From Phoronis australis (lineage: Eukaryota; Animalia; Phoronida): a stretch of DNA of 64,000 nt. Below, in pieces: positions 1 to 13,519 of the stretch. The DNA is taken from positions 331,640 to 395,639 of the forward strand of contig NMRA01000160.1 of assembly GCA_002633005.1 (NCBI GenBank). The letters run 5' to 3'. The notes beneath the pieces were generated by a model. That model was not told the origin of the DNA. It saw only the letters and a list, made by a program, of their open reading frames with translations, and searched no databases. Each line of letters begins with the position of its first letter. Position 1 is the stretch's first letter. A program made the position numbers and the translations under genes.

Positions 1-165
1 GAAACTGTACGACAGATCACATGACAAGTCACGTGACAACTCAGTGGCCTGATGAAGTCCTCGAGAGGAGGACGCAACGTAGCCATCTCCACGTACCGTA
101 AGTCCAGTAATAGATTTATTGATTCTTATACTATGACCCAACTGGATGACTAAAAACATTCATCC
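1..165 (+). mobile_element. 3' end (pLTR tail) of a Penelope-like element
   Basis: A minimal hammerhead motif at 45-85 is followed by a tail 'tatactatgacccaactggatgactaaaaacattcatc' that resembles PLE 3' ends. Truncated by the window start. Confidence 0.6.
45..85 (+). ncRNA. Minimal type I hammerhead ribozyme (degenerate core)
   Basis: Stem I tggc/gcca; CTGATGA at 49-55; stem II gtcctc/gaggac; GCAA in place of GAAA; palindromic ACGT mini stem III; UA cleavage site. Confidence 0.7.
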
Positions 166-270
166 TAGTTTCGAGTAGTTTTTAGCGTACAATATTATTA
201 AAGACGACTCCGTTGTTCGTGCAAGGATATTAACTTGGGATACTTAAGATAAAAAGGGATCAGCACCTAC

Positions 271-956
271 TTGTACGTTTATGGCGTGGACGCCTTTTCT
301 GCAGACAAATGTTTGCTCATGCTGTTGTGGTGCCCGAATCGCTATCATTATTATTAACGACCCATCTACGCATCCCCCACCCGGGGAAAACCATTGACTT
401 GATGGAATTGCAATTGGTAAAGATCGATGTTGTCGGCCGAATTTGGAAGCGACAAGTCGGGTGAATTGTTGATTCCATTAGTTACTTTCGTGATCATTCA
501 CGGTAGACTTAGCCACCCCTTAGCTATTGCCTACGGCTACGACAGTTTCAGGGGCGGATCCAGGATTTGAGTTTGGGGGGGTAGGGCAGAGTATTATCCA
601 GGATTTTCCCCGTAAGACATTCGTACCCTCGAAGTGCCAAATGGAATATGGGAGAATTTGGGAGGGGTCATGTCCCCCTTGCCCCCACCTTAAATCCGCC
701 AATGCGTTTGAAAACTGCCAATGTCGCAGAACCGCAGCGCAACTGATGCTCGTTGCACTATTGTGAGTGGATATACTCTGCGTGTTTCTCGTTCAAGATC
801 GTCTGCTAAAAAGCAGTATAAAGTGTCGACTGCATCCTGCATCCTTATCCATTCGGTAGCGCTCAACATACGAGTCGTAAATCGTAATGAAGTCGCTTTC
901 GATAAACTCTGCTTTGGTTTTTTATTTATTCGCTGAGGAATGTGGAAGACGGCCAT
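271..956 (-). pseudogene. Harbinger/HARBI1-like transposase 5' exon, frameshifted and interrupted by a MITE
   Basis: Translated pieces LADDLERETRRVYPLT..VALRFCDIGSFQ, VAVGNS*GVAKSTV and CVDGSLIMIAIRAPQQHEQTFVCRKGVHAINVQ, followed by a GTAGGT donor. Confidence 0.75.
549..704. mobile_element. Small MITE (CAGGGGCGGAT...ATCCGCCAATG)
   Basis: Imperfect TIRs; flanks agttt/cgttt; inverted relative at 23968-24122. Confidence 0.75.
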
Positions 957-959
957 TTT

Positions 960-1150
960 GACAAACTTGAGATCGAATTAAGACAAGGTGAGAGTTGACT
1001 TAAAGTTAAGCCAAAAACTTAAGTCAATCTTAGCTAAGATTGTTTCTTGGAACGCAAAATAATCTTAAGATTTGTCTTAAGTCAAAAATTTAAGACAAAT
1101 CTTAAACTTAAGTAAAAAATGAACTTAGGTCAGTTTTTGGAACGGGTTCC
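960..1150. mobile_element. Harbinger-type terminus with repeated CTTAAG subterminal motifs
   Basis: Many cttaag/ttaag repeats end in 'ttggaacgggttcc', immediately upstream of the transposase fragment. The partner end is not in the window. Confidence 0.5.
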
Positions 1151-2810
1151 TGCCCTTCATATTCGCTCAGAAAATGAGCTTTTGTTCCCAAAGCTTGTTG
1201 TGCGGTCTGCGGACACTGCGAAAACTTTGTCCTCTACATTTCACCTGACCACACACCAGCCGACGTACTTGCCGGAAATAAACCGTGCTATATCTACCAG
1301 GTGTCGCTAGTGGATAATGACGCTATGGCTTCTGCGTAAGATCACAAATTTCGTCCATTGAAAATATACTAAGTTGGCGGTCCATGGACTATAGTCTTTG
1401 CTCCTACCAAATGCCATTTTTACGCAAAGATTCATTTTTTGGGAAATCTACCATTAGAAACATGAGTAAAATATTAGAAATACCACAATTCAATAGTTCA
1501 TTTTTAAATAAAACGACTAACTGCTACAACAAAAATGTAGTAGAAGAATGAACCAGTCGAGATTATTTAACAGTAGCTGAGAAATGACGTTTTATTTAGT
1601 TATTCCCAAAGGTGTCTAATAAACTGTGACAGTGTCACAAACTCTCAAACACTAGAAACTGTGACCAGCATATCTCTCGGTGCAAGCAATGAAAAAATGG
1701 TTAGTCGCGGATTTGGACAAATGAAGGAAGGACTGCTCAAAATATGTTTAACCACAGGAGTATTTCTTCTTGTTGGAAGGAATGAAAAAGATAGACAGCA
1801 TCCTAATGCGCCCCTCTATGCCTAAAAGGTACTTATAGTAACGTGACCTCGATGGTTTAATCAGTCTGAGACTTAACTCGCTGAAAAGCTTCTAGCATGT
1901 GAAAGCCCTATGGGAGTGCCACCGTCTCTACTGCTAAGTACAAGCGGTGGTACTGTCTAAACTACAAAGGAGGAAGTTGTATGTGGAAGGTACCATGGGA
2001 TTGCTTCACTTCAACTATGTATGGTATGTGCTAGGGGTGGAGGGATCCGGAACACTGACCATGACATGAACATAAACAGGGACACGCTGACCTGTGAAAT
2101 GTGAATTAAATTCAAAGGACAGCTGGGAGCTAAAAGTTTACCACTAGACGAGTTGAACTGCATTACACAGCCTCACACTGCACAACCAGAGTGAACCAGA
2201 CACTGCACAATTCGGGATCATCTTTCATATAAGTAATCAATTTTATTAATATCCAATCACAGTGACACACATCAAACACCAACAATGAAAAACTCCGTGC
2301 TTCCGTTACCTCTAAAACGTGGTGTTTTGTCACTTTGGTTCTTTCGTCCAACTCTTTGCAGTTCAATACTACACAGTACACAGACAGCTCGTTTCACTTG
2401 CTTCATCACCAAGATAGCGGACCACTCGGCCCATCGTAAACCACGTGAGTTCAACTCTCCCTTATTTATCTCATAGGTCTATACATATGTGATCACTTGA
2501 CCAGTTATCTCACGTAAGGCCCTTAGGCGGCGCTTCCGCTGGTCGCCCGATATTACGGTGAGGGCGTAATCCATCATTCTTTTCTTGAGGCCCTCAGCAG
2601 TGGTAAAACTGTTTATTTCGCTCTGTATATGTTCACTCCACTTATTGCGTGATGATGAGACATGAAGTCACGAAATATAGCTACTGTTTGTGTTTGTTTG
2701 TTATATCTCTCGGTTTGTTACTTCATACCTGCACACCAAAGGAACGGAGACTGTTCCGAAATTAAGAACGTACCAGTATCAACCTTGCTAACATAAAGTC
2801 TAGTCGTGTC

Positions 2811-3390
2811 TTTAAAGTTCCAAGAAGCACACGTTTTTAACCCTTATTAACTGGTTAGAAGACATTATAAGGAACCTCGCAGTACTTATCCTATAACCAA
2901 TACACAATCCGAAGTCGAAGAAAGTTTAAATAAACGCGTCACTCACGATTCCGATCCGAAGATCACACCGCCATTTTGAACTAACCGCGAACCCGGAAGT
3001 ACAATTCATTCAGCAATCCAGCCTCCCGTTCAGTAACTCTAGGACCTCGCTAAAAAGCAAGACTTCGCGAGATTACGTGAGATATTACTTTGCATTTTAA
3101 ATGAGAACACGTGACTTTGACTAGGTTTCAGCTAGATCCTAGCGTAGGTCCTAGCGTCTACTGAACGCACGCACAGGCTTAGTATACACCGGCTGTGCGA
3201 CTGGAGCAGTGTCTGTTACCAGCCTGCAAACGGGGATAAAATAATCGACAACTTTAATAAAACCAAACTAGGGACAATTTGTACTGAAAATGTTGACAAA
3301 ATGTGGCAAAAATAAATTTTGACAGAAATCATTTTGCCAGGCTCGGACCTGCAGCCGATGACCCGATGCAGACCGATCGAGACCACTCGC
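2811..3390. repeat. Left arm of a diverged long inverted repeat (partner about 7942-8378)
   Basis: Reverse-complement similarity, e.g. ccgcgaacccggaagta vs tacttccgggttcgcgg and tttgacagaaat vs atttctgtcaaa. Boundaries approximate. Confidence 0.75.
3022..3173. mobile_element. Harbinger-type MITE
   Basis: TIR cgttcagta..ctaggacct / aggtcctag..tactgaacg, with CAG on both flanks. The other arm of the inverted repeat shows the empty site (about 8168-8180). Confidence 0.7.
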
Positions 3391-6300
3391 ACTCAAAGAC
3401 GAAGGCATGTCGTCCCCGGTTGTTTTATCAGAATAAATGGTTCAAATCATGAATGCCGTATACACACAAAGATAGTTTCCGACACTTGTATAAAATTACG
3501 GACTAGTAACTGTCCTGCGTCAACGTTGAATGACAACCGGGGCCGACTATGGCGGGATAGGCTAACCGTGCTTTACTGGGTTTAATTAACTCTGATAAAC
3601 AAACAGTATGAACAGAACAACAAACATGCAATATCACTGAAATCATTGAACAAAACTGCTATACAGTTAGAATATTCTGGCAGTTAAACTTGTGAAAATA
3701 AGGAAAATAAATTTAGACGCGACTTCGCTACGGTCGGGCGGCTGACTGCCGAGAGAATGGGCTACCATTTGGTGGCGAAATAACTTCAGCTAAAAATGGT
3801 TTAATATACATGTAGGTATTAATGAGTTTAAAGTAAAAGGAATAACTCCCACTTTGCCCGAAACATTCGTATACGCTGCTGGCCGGTGGAGCCGAACCGC
3901 CTGGCCTGCCGCGCGCGCGCGGACATGTGCTCCGCGGGGCAAGATGAAAACATTAATTAGCTACCCGGCCCTGAATGAGTGAAATTCCTGTGACAAAGAG
4001 ATTAAAGAATAGTACTGTGTCATGTCCCTAATACTGCAATTTATTCCCATTGCCGACATTCAGCTCATTCACTACATTTTCGCACCCAGCCACGGTTTGG
4101 GGGCGGAATTTTTATATTTAGACAACAGAGGTAAGTATATATTGTAAGTTTGTTTTTGTGAGGTTTGAAAATATATTGTCCCTAATAGTTGAAAATCAAA
4201 GCCTCTTTAGCAAGTGAATTTTCCCGACGAAGAGTCACGGCGACTGCTGGTAGGAGAATTACCGGTACTTAATTCAATCGCCGGTTACTGTGTCCTGGCA
4301 GCAAAATCAAGTACAGATGTGGAGCTCACTGTTTTGAGATATTACTTGTTCTTGTTTGTCAAAACATTTCCGTATGCGTATGCTTTTTTTCTATTGTACA
4401 TTTTTAACGACGAGTACAGTCAGGTGACGATTTTCTGCCAATTACGCACTGCGCTCACACGTCCGGGTAGTCACCGTGACACACTACACTTGCCCACTTC
4501 AGGCTGGTACTGTGCATCAATTTCATGATGTGGAGATGAAGATAAGGCATTTCTTGATCAAGAAACTTTTTTCCTCTAATTTATTACCTAAACGGATACT
4601 GTTGCTGAAATTTGACGAACGCTCACGATGAGTCAGGGCTGACCTCAGTAGCAGCCCAGCGTTGGCTACGGGACTGCGGCGACGGTACTTCAAACTTATG
4701 AGTATGCATTAAATACCATTCGTCATATGCAAAGAACAGGTAATATTAAGACAATAAATAATGAAATTTGTATAAAAAGAACCAAAATGCGAATCGAAAA
4801 CAACCAAACAAATTAAGTAACAACGCATTTACGCTCACGGTGATGTCAATACGTTTTCAAGGACAACATGGCTGACATTCATGAATCGTTGCTGAACTGA
4901 CACACAAGAACTCAGGTCACAGAAATAGACGGGAATAGTCGATGATATTCCGATCTCGGCCGAGGGACAAAATTGTGCGAAAAAAGGCTTTTAGTTTGAT
5001 AACACAAAGGAGGTGAACATTATGCCATGTTATATTTTACTTAATTTGGTGCATTTTTTGAACTGGAATGCCCTTTGAGGTAAGGACTTTTAACGAAGTT
5101 TGTGTAAACGAAGGTCTACTACCGAACTATACTGATTTGTGGGTATAACGAAACAACAGGTTTGGTTTTTTCAATGCTTCAGGTTTTTAACTCCTACAAC
5201 TTGCGCTTTATTCGTCATCTCAATCCTATTGCATGTGCAGTGGTGACTTACAAGAACAAAAAGGTCTTGTTCTTTAATATTTTTATTACTGTGAAACGTG
5301 CAAATGTAAAATACTTACAAAAATGATAAGTTATCTACACTAAAACTAAGCAACTAATTATTTTTACAAAACTGTCTCGGGCTCGTTAGTGGACTGGGTG
5401 CCAACTCTGTCAGCTTCACACAGTCTTCGTCCTCCCTCCCTATCGGCAGCGTTTCGGAACCTGGTGCCTGTCTCTCTTACTATGAAGCTTGCATTAGCAT
5501 TACTGTGCTCCTTGATCACAATCCGTGAAATAAAACAACTCCTGCTTAGTATCTTGGAGTACAAACTAACAGACTCCACTATTCGTTTTCCAGTTAAGTA
5601 ACGTATAATAAGAATTACCTTAAAAAACTCTATATCATTCCAACACGAAAATTATTTGAAATGCATAATCTGCAAGATACATATTTCATCGTTCGTCAAC
5701 ATAAGTATTACAGCCGGCTGTAGGACTTCATTTTCTTGTAATAAATATTTTCAGAAGCGACTTTTTTCATTCCATTTCTTCCCAAAATGTCTATTTCGTT
5801 ACCATTTTAAGATTCCTTAAAGTCCACCTCTCAAACTGCCCATGTGGTTCCAGTATCCGAAAATACTTACTACATAAAATCTTATTTTCGACACCCTTTC
5901 TTTATATTCTTTTCGCCTTTCTTGCCAAAAGCGATTTTTTAACAGTATTTGACCCTTCTCTGTGAGCGTATAATTACCGGCTGTCATCGGTTATTTCCGT
6001 ACCCACATTTCCGGCTCATCAGTTCAGGAACTTGTCCTGAACGCCGCCATTTTTTCCTTGTAACTGAATGTGCTATGGCGTGCTCCAAAAGTCTTCATTA
6101 TTTTGTTTTATTAGTAATATCTCGTGATTCGTTTGCACATGTAGTGTATTTATAGTTTGTAGTTAGTGGTCGTTGAATTTTTTTGGAAGGTTACGCGTAC
6201 TTAGTATGTTAAAATAGCATTGATGTTTAGTTCCATACGTAGGCCGGTCGAACCTAGGAACCAATATGGGTCGAACCAATTTTTTCGGTTTTATTTTTTT

Positions 6301-7941
6301 TCTCGTTTTGAAAAAGTACTTTGCTATCATCGGTGCATTCTACTCAGTAAAAATCGAAAAAGTATCAAAATCGGGGCAAGCAGTGTAAAGTTATTACAAG
6401 TTTTGTGGCGAAATTTGGATCGCTTCGGCCATATTGGAGGACAGCGGAATAAGTTACGAGATTAAAACTTGGTGTAAATTGTTTTCGCCAACAAATTACG
6501 GTGAAATTTAGTTAGAAATATCTTTACTTACCATTCTGCACGATTTAACAGTGTTCACCAAATTTCAGCCTCGCAGTTGTTACTCATTAAGTGATAAATG
6601 TGCTCACAATTCTCGTTGGACTTCGTCTCATTTCTGGCGGCACCGACAACATGGCGACTTTTGCTGAACTGAAAGGCTACTTTGTAATTTGTGAAGATTT
6701 AACGTTGATACATTTTGACAAACGTTGCTACAAAAAAGAAACTTTGTTCAATTTTCGTGTTTTTTGTGCAAAAATATAAGATATATTCGAATTATTTTAC
6801 TGTAAATTTCCCATTCAGGTGATCTTACACTAAGCTAAAAAAATAGTTGAAATAATTTTGAAATGTTTTTTGTTTGACTGTCAACTGCTGTTCAAGACTT
6901 GATTCGGTGTCACAAAATGATTCATACTTTTCTAAATTTTAAGTCTCAATTGCTTTCAAGTCATATTTTGTAACTTATTGCTTCTTAATTCAGGTTATCA
7001 AGTCAACAATATGAATAATCTTAATTTGAGAAATAAGCTATGTTGGATTGTGAAGCTTCAAGCCTCCAATTCGTGTTCCTTGCAGCTTCCTATTTTTTAA
7101 ATGATGCTTGTCAAATTCTGGTGTAACGAAACACTATTCCGTCACGATGGTAATAGTTACATGTATGTCCACTTTCATATCATGGAAAATGTTGCTGTTG
7201 AATAGTGTTTGTAATGCTAAATATTGTAAAGTATTGTGCATTTTTTAAAATGCACAATACTTAAAAGTTACTTATTATGTTAAAAGTTTGAATCATTTTG
7301 GGTTAATGAATAAAAAATGATAACATGTTGTATTGGACTTGTCATACTTACATGTATGTGCTCAAACGAGCCCCCTTTTTGGAGAACTGGAAAAAGGTCT
7401 GCCTCAGTCACAGAAGCACGAATTCCGAAAAAGTAGAAAATGAGACAATATTCCACTAGAAGACAGGAAGTACCAAAATTTAGCGTCTGGAATTCATAGC
7501 TGTGAACATACCCACTGAATCTTATAATAAAAGATAGACATTCCTAAAAATTCCAGCCCCCCATTCTTTTAGGCTTGGTGCGCTCATACAAAGTCTGGGA
7601 AAATCTCTATTGAAAGCCAACAACTTTGCACAGTTCGCCAGAAGTACCCAAGTTCTAAATAAACCTCGTTTGAGCGAGGGCTGTGGCCAGCGACCAGTTA
7701 GGCCTAAGGGTAGCCTTGGCGCAAAGCTGTATAGGCCTATTAACAAGCTGTATTTTGACGATAGTCTTCACTGGTAGCTGGTGACTCAGGCTAACTAAGG
7801 CCTGCCGCGGCAGTGTGACACAGGACTAACCAGCCCGTAATTTCATGCAAGTAGCTGAAACTACCCTTGAATATATGCAGCATTTATGATTTGACCATTT
7901 TACTTCGACAAAACAGCTTGCAACCGCATGCACTTACCGTT

Positions 7942-8378
7942 CGCCAGTGTCTGGTCTCGATCCGCACCGGATCTGATAGGCTGCGGTCCCGAGTCAGGCA
8001 AAATAATTTCTGTCAAAATTTATTCGCCACATTTCTTCAGCAAATTCGATAAAATTGTCCGTAGTTTGATTTTATTAAAATTAAGGCGCGCTGTCGATTA
8101 TTTTATCCCCGTTTGCTGACTGGAAACAGTACAGGCACTGCTCCAGTCGCACTGACGGCGTTTTCTAGGCCTGGGTTCCTGAATGAATTATACTTCCGGG
8201 TTCGCGGCAAGTTTAAAATGGCGGTGGTTCTTCGGGTGCGAATCGTGAGTGGCGCGTTCATTTAAACTTTTTTCGAGTACGGATCGTATATTAGTTATGG
8301 GGTAAGTACTTCTTGAATCCTTATAACATCCTCTAACCATGTAATAAGGGTTAACAACGCGTGAGAGAAGGACTTTAA
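7942..8378. repeat. Right arm of the long inverted repeat
   Basis: Reverse complement of about 2811-3390 without the MITE. Confidence 0.75.
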
Positions 8379-8512
8379 ATTACTTCACAATCTGTTTCAA
8401 AAAAGTCTGATGAGCATCGATTGACGGTTTTGCTGTGTGTTCACACACAATTGATCTATCGCAAGCTCCACCCCCTTGCGAAAAGTCGCGTGACACCCGG
8501 CAAACAAACAAG

Positions 8513-8793
8513 ATGTCAGAGACAAATACATTGTCGCTAAACGACGTTCATGGTGGAATCGATGAGTACTTTTTGCACTATCCGATAACGCTTCGACAAA
8601 GACAACAGGCGATGCTTTTCAGGAAAGACTCCTACGTTTATGATGTGGGAATTTGCAAAGGTGACGATGAAAAAAATAAGCGTTAAAGGAAAAGTATTTC
8701 GGATCCAGCGACAATCCGAAGAACCCCACACGGGGTTGACCTTTACCTTACAAATGACAAGGCCACTGATGCAATATGTTCATGTAAAGCTGG
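8513..8793 (+). pseudogene. Frameshifted first exon of a SWIM zinc-finger protein of the kind carried by DNA transposons (e.g. ISL2EU accessory SWIM/YqaJ ORF)
   Basis: Pieces DSYVYDV, VKGKVFRIQRQSEEPH and DAICSCKAG lie in different frames and end at a GTATGT donor. Confidence 0.45.
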
Positions 8794-11700
8794 GTATGTA
8801 CCTTAAAATCGAATTATCTGTACGATGCCATAGATTTTAGGATCTTTCGAATAAACTCAGTGAAGATTCACCGATATTTTTATTCTGTCGTCTGCTAAAA
8901 TCCGCCAAATGAAAAGTAGGTCACAACTACCCGTGGGACTCCTCGAGTAAAGTAGGTCGAGTCGACAGCGCTGTTTACGCTCTTCTAATCTTCGAACGAA
9001 ATATTTCGATTAAAAAAACCCCAGTTTTATAGTTCAAATGCTCACTCATCTTGTCCAAGGCAAGCAGTTAGCTCCGGTAGGTCTAGGGCTGTGTCCAAGT
9101 CAAATTAGTGCAAGTAACTGCACCACTGACACATTTACCTTCCGACGAACTTCGCATTTTTGTAGTTTCACTGCATAAAGGTAGCTTGCAGTTATTTTTA
9201 ACCGTAGCATGATCTTTAAACTGTGGTACGGTTATAAAAAATGACAAGTCTGGTGTAGTGGCATAATGGCTATTTACAAAAATAACTCGAAATTCCTTTT
9301 TTAAAGCTTCGTGAATCTAAATGTCACATTTTAACAACTTTAAAATGAGCCCTCTGTAACTCTACAGGCGTAGTGTATACTAGAGGTTCTCATCAAAAAG
9401 TAATTGAACTGTTTATTTTTTCGTGATAACAGCTCGAACAAGGCTTTGAGTTCAGTAATCCAGTGCCCCTCCCTGTGCCGATCGAATATCTCAGTTTTGA
9501 CAAAAAATTCAGTTGAACGCCTGCTTACGGGTATATTAATGACAAAAAATGTACCTCTGCTACGAAACAAAACGATATCTATAGGTCGAAATAACTGAAA
9601 AATATTAAAAATATATTACAGTTTCCAGGGACTATCGCCAGACTATAGCGCTGAGAACCAGCAGGTGCCGAGACAAAGGCGGCAAGGCAAGTGAAACTCC
9701 AGAGTCAAAACCAGATAAGCCTACACTATAGCCACTAAACTGAAAAGTGTGTATCTTGGAACAAATGTATTTGTTTTTAACCTTCGAGTAATCAAGCAAC
9801 ATTGCCAAGTTCAGTTGCTCGTGTACGTGGCCGTTCGCACAGTTTGAAACCTAGTTTAAACCTTTCGACATCACTTTTCGGCTTAGGAGATACCCAAAAA
9901 TGACAGGATATTCTTCTCGAGCTGCATAACGGCTGTGAGAATTACACACGCCATATCAACACCGCATCACCATAGTTATCACGCATTCCTTGAGCTATAG
10001 ACTAAAATAAGCTTTACACGACAACGTATTGTTTGTCGGGTAAAATGGCGGCTTGGAAACGCAGACAAAGGTGTGTCAAGAATGCTGCGTTCTGATTGGC
10101 CAGTTAAGCCGTCAGTCGTAATCCTGAAGATAGGTCAATTGACGCTGATGTGACCTTTTCAGCTTTGTCCCCAAGCCTCAAGATGACGCTGATCGGTTTA
10201 GCCATTTGACGCTTGGTTATGGGAATTATATATACCTTCTTCGCAATGATTGACCGATGCCTTGACATCGTTAAAACAAAGGCAGATTGTAATAATTTTC
10301 ACATTGCAGCCATTCATGCGACAGAAGGCATTGTTATAGTTATTGTCTGAAATAAAGGAGAAACAGGTTATAGAAGCAAATTTTCAACTCCACTTGATCC
10401 CTAGAACAGCTATGTCAACTCGGTGTACTTAACTTGTTTTATAGAGAAAGTCTTAAAAAGAAAGTTACGCAAATAATAAAAAAATCAATCAAAGAGAACC
10501 CCCCCAGCCACACACTCTAGAACCGGTAGGTAGTACCTTTAGAACCGTTAGGGTCAGTGTCTCAGCCTCGTAATATTCTCAACTTTTCTATACTAGCAGG
10601 TGTTTCATGAAAATTGATGCTCAGGAGCTATTTTCAATTGCTTAGCGAGAAATATTCTTTCGTTATCACACTTTAGCGAAACCGGCAAATATATACCAGA
10701 CACTTGAGTTTACCTTTTCCTCGATCCCCACTGACGTCACGCACTAAGCGACATAATAAGATATAAAGGTTGGACTATAAACATGGGTTTGCTCAGAATT
10801 TTCTACTCAAATGTGCACGGAACGTAACGAAATCAGCGCCAAACAAACTTTTGAATACCTTCTTCCACTTCATCATATTGAACTGCCTTCGAGTGGCGAT
10901 TTGCAAACAAAAATGTTGAAACCCATCAAGGTTATTTTTTGACATTCATGGCAGACAACCTTCATACACATCCGGATTGTTCATAGACAGTACCGAAGCA
11001 ATTCCGAAGCTCTGTTTTTGAAAGTTAGTTGAGTGTCTTTTACATAATTTAATTTCGGTATGAATGTATTTTTAGTTTAAAAACTCTGGGTTTATAAAAC
11101 GCCCTTGTTTAAAACCGAAGAATCACTAACTTGGGATTACTGCGAGAACCGGCAGTTGCCGATAGCTAATTTTCTGCAACTAAACGTATGGTCTGACGTC
11201 AGAAATCTCCACCAAAGCCAAGTGTTCGTTGCGCTTCAAACAAAAGTATTCCATAATGCCAAGATCAAACACAAGATAGGTTCTTGCATTTAAATTCTAG
11301 GTTACTAGTAAGTGATAAAATGAGCAATAAGTTGAAGCAAATTACACGTAAATGGAAGTCTAAATTGCAGACAAAGTTCTTGATTTTGACACAAGGGTTG
11401 CCTGCACAAACTCAATATTTTATCTTCGTGAAAATTAAAGCACTAGTGAAATCCGCCATGTTAACTACATTTAGTCTCCTTAAATTCAGAGTTTTGTGTT
11501 TGTTTTTGGAAATTCCGTAACCAATTCACCATTCACAACTTGGACAATTCAGTGGAATCAAGGAAAGAAGGCTTCTGATGTTTATGCTGGGACATTCCTG
11601 GATGCGCATTTGTGCTATTAGTGCATACAAAAGAGCACAAGTACATTGTAGTAGTGCCAACCCCAGGCTCATATTTAAAAACGAACTCTTCCAAAAATGC

Positions 11701-12304
11701 AAGATTGTATAAGTCAACTTATAGCCGTACAACTTACGGGTAATGTATACATGTAGGTTGCAGATTTCATTGAAATGAATGAACAGGCCGTTAACGTTTT
11801 CCAATATTTGGTCGTAAATTACCATTCCTGTTTACAACTTTTACATGAGCATGACTGTGTTCTAAGTTTCAATGCCTTTGAGGTTTCTGTTTCATATGTT
11901 ACCACTTAATCACACCAAGTCCGCCGGACACAACTTTTTGAAGACATACTTTTATCATCTGGGGCACCCGAAGGGCACAGGGTCAAATGTGGCCAGGAAT
12001 ATCCCTGTTTATGTAATACCAGTCTGAAGAAGGTGCACACAGATTTTACTTGGATTTAGAACAGTTGAAGCTGGGAGCCTTGGCTTGGCAAAGTTTAAGT
12101 GTCTAATCTTTATGTTTCTAATATGGTTAACTTATGGGTCATCGGGAAATTCGTAGGCCTGTGTTGTAAATAACAGGCATCCTCAACTTTTGATCATCCT
12201 CAATACAAGATAATACCACAAGGTATGACGCTCGGAACTAGGAATTCCATGAGTGCTTCACTTCAAACAAAAATCTTCCCAAAAGCGAGTGTCAGACCTT
12301 CTAG

Positions 12305-12405
12305 TATTATAGTGTATTTGCCACGATCACACTTAGAGGCTGAGGACGCATGGGGTATAACTCACAGACGTCCTCAGCTTCTGATCGTACTCAATACACT
12401 ATAAA
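12305..12405. repeat. Roughly 100-bp hairpin MITE
   Basis: Arms ttatagtgtatt..acgatc..agaggctgaggacg / cgtcctcagcttctgatcgt..aatacactataa. A partial relative lies at about 13795-13848. Confidence 0.6.
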
Positions 12406-12706
12406 TATATACAAGGTATGACACTCAGGACAAAAAAAATCATGAGGGCTTTACTAGTTCAATACAGATGTCCATATCAAGCACGAAACTCAATAAATTT
12501 GCACAAAACAGGGGTTCAGCAAACCATGAGTAATTGTTCTTTCTTCTGATACCATTTACAGTGTCCTGCTGTAGAGCGGTCAAAGCACAAAATTCTGTCC
12601 AAAAATCAGATGCGTACTGTCAATGTGACCCACGCGAGTCGGTACGGCACTATCCGAAGACTTACGGAAGGACGGCAATTGCCGATTTATCGCTGAAGGT
12701 TTCGTA

Positions 12707-13519
12707 CAATCAAGTGATCTAATTATCGGACGTTTTGGTACATTTTGCATTATATATAATTGAAAATACTACGGTTTATTGTAAATTCTTAATAAAGGCT
12801 TACCTTTATAGAATTGTTTTGTTACTATATCTTGTCACCGAAAGCCACATTTATGTTCTGACTGATCTTAAAAAAACACAACTAGCAAACCTTCGGAGAA
12901 GCTAAATATCGGACACCATATTTCCCCATACGCCACACCGCGGAAAACTGACTAACCACGTAATGGCCGCGGGCGCCTTATAGCCAAATTTCAGCTCGAG
13001 TGTTTTGACATATATGCTGCTAGAACACAGGTCTATTCGCAACAAAATTATCCATAAAATGAAATCTGATGACGGCGCCAAGTCGTTTCGATGAATCAGT
13101 GCAGACGACTAAAGCACGTGCAAACTCACTGCAGTTTTTAGTGTCACTTTGGCTTCTTGATATGACACCCGCACGTGCGTGGTCGGGGTTTGACTGAGTT
13201 GAAAAACAGAAGAAAAAATGGAACAGTGACATATTGTCAGTTCAATAAGATGGCTTCATTGTGGAAAAAGATTTTGTTTTCAACTTTTATAACCGATTTA
13301 TGCAATCGTCCATTTTAGGCCGACTTGGGGGTCTAAATTGCACCCTCTCTCGGTGAAATCAAAACGAGGCAACGCTGTAAAAAAACGAGACGGTGCCGGA
13401 CATTGAATGTATTACAGCGGAACAAAAATTGATGTCATTTAATTCACAGCTTATGCTTCAAGTAAGATTTTATGAAATGTCCGACATCTAGAGTCCGTCC
13501 TATAATTATGTACACTATG
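12707..13519. mobile_element. Non-autonomous Tc1/mariner(pogo)-like element, copy 1
   Basis: Ends share ctaattatcggacg-type TIRs; TA at the left flank; full-length inverted relative at 19794-20634. Confidence 0.7.

Noticed and set aside
13060-13105. CTGATGA followed by a short hairpin in the Tc1-like MITE, as a hammerhead
   Set aside because: There is no GAAA on the same strand after stem II (the sequence reads TTTCG).
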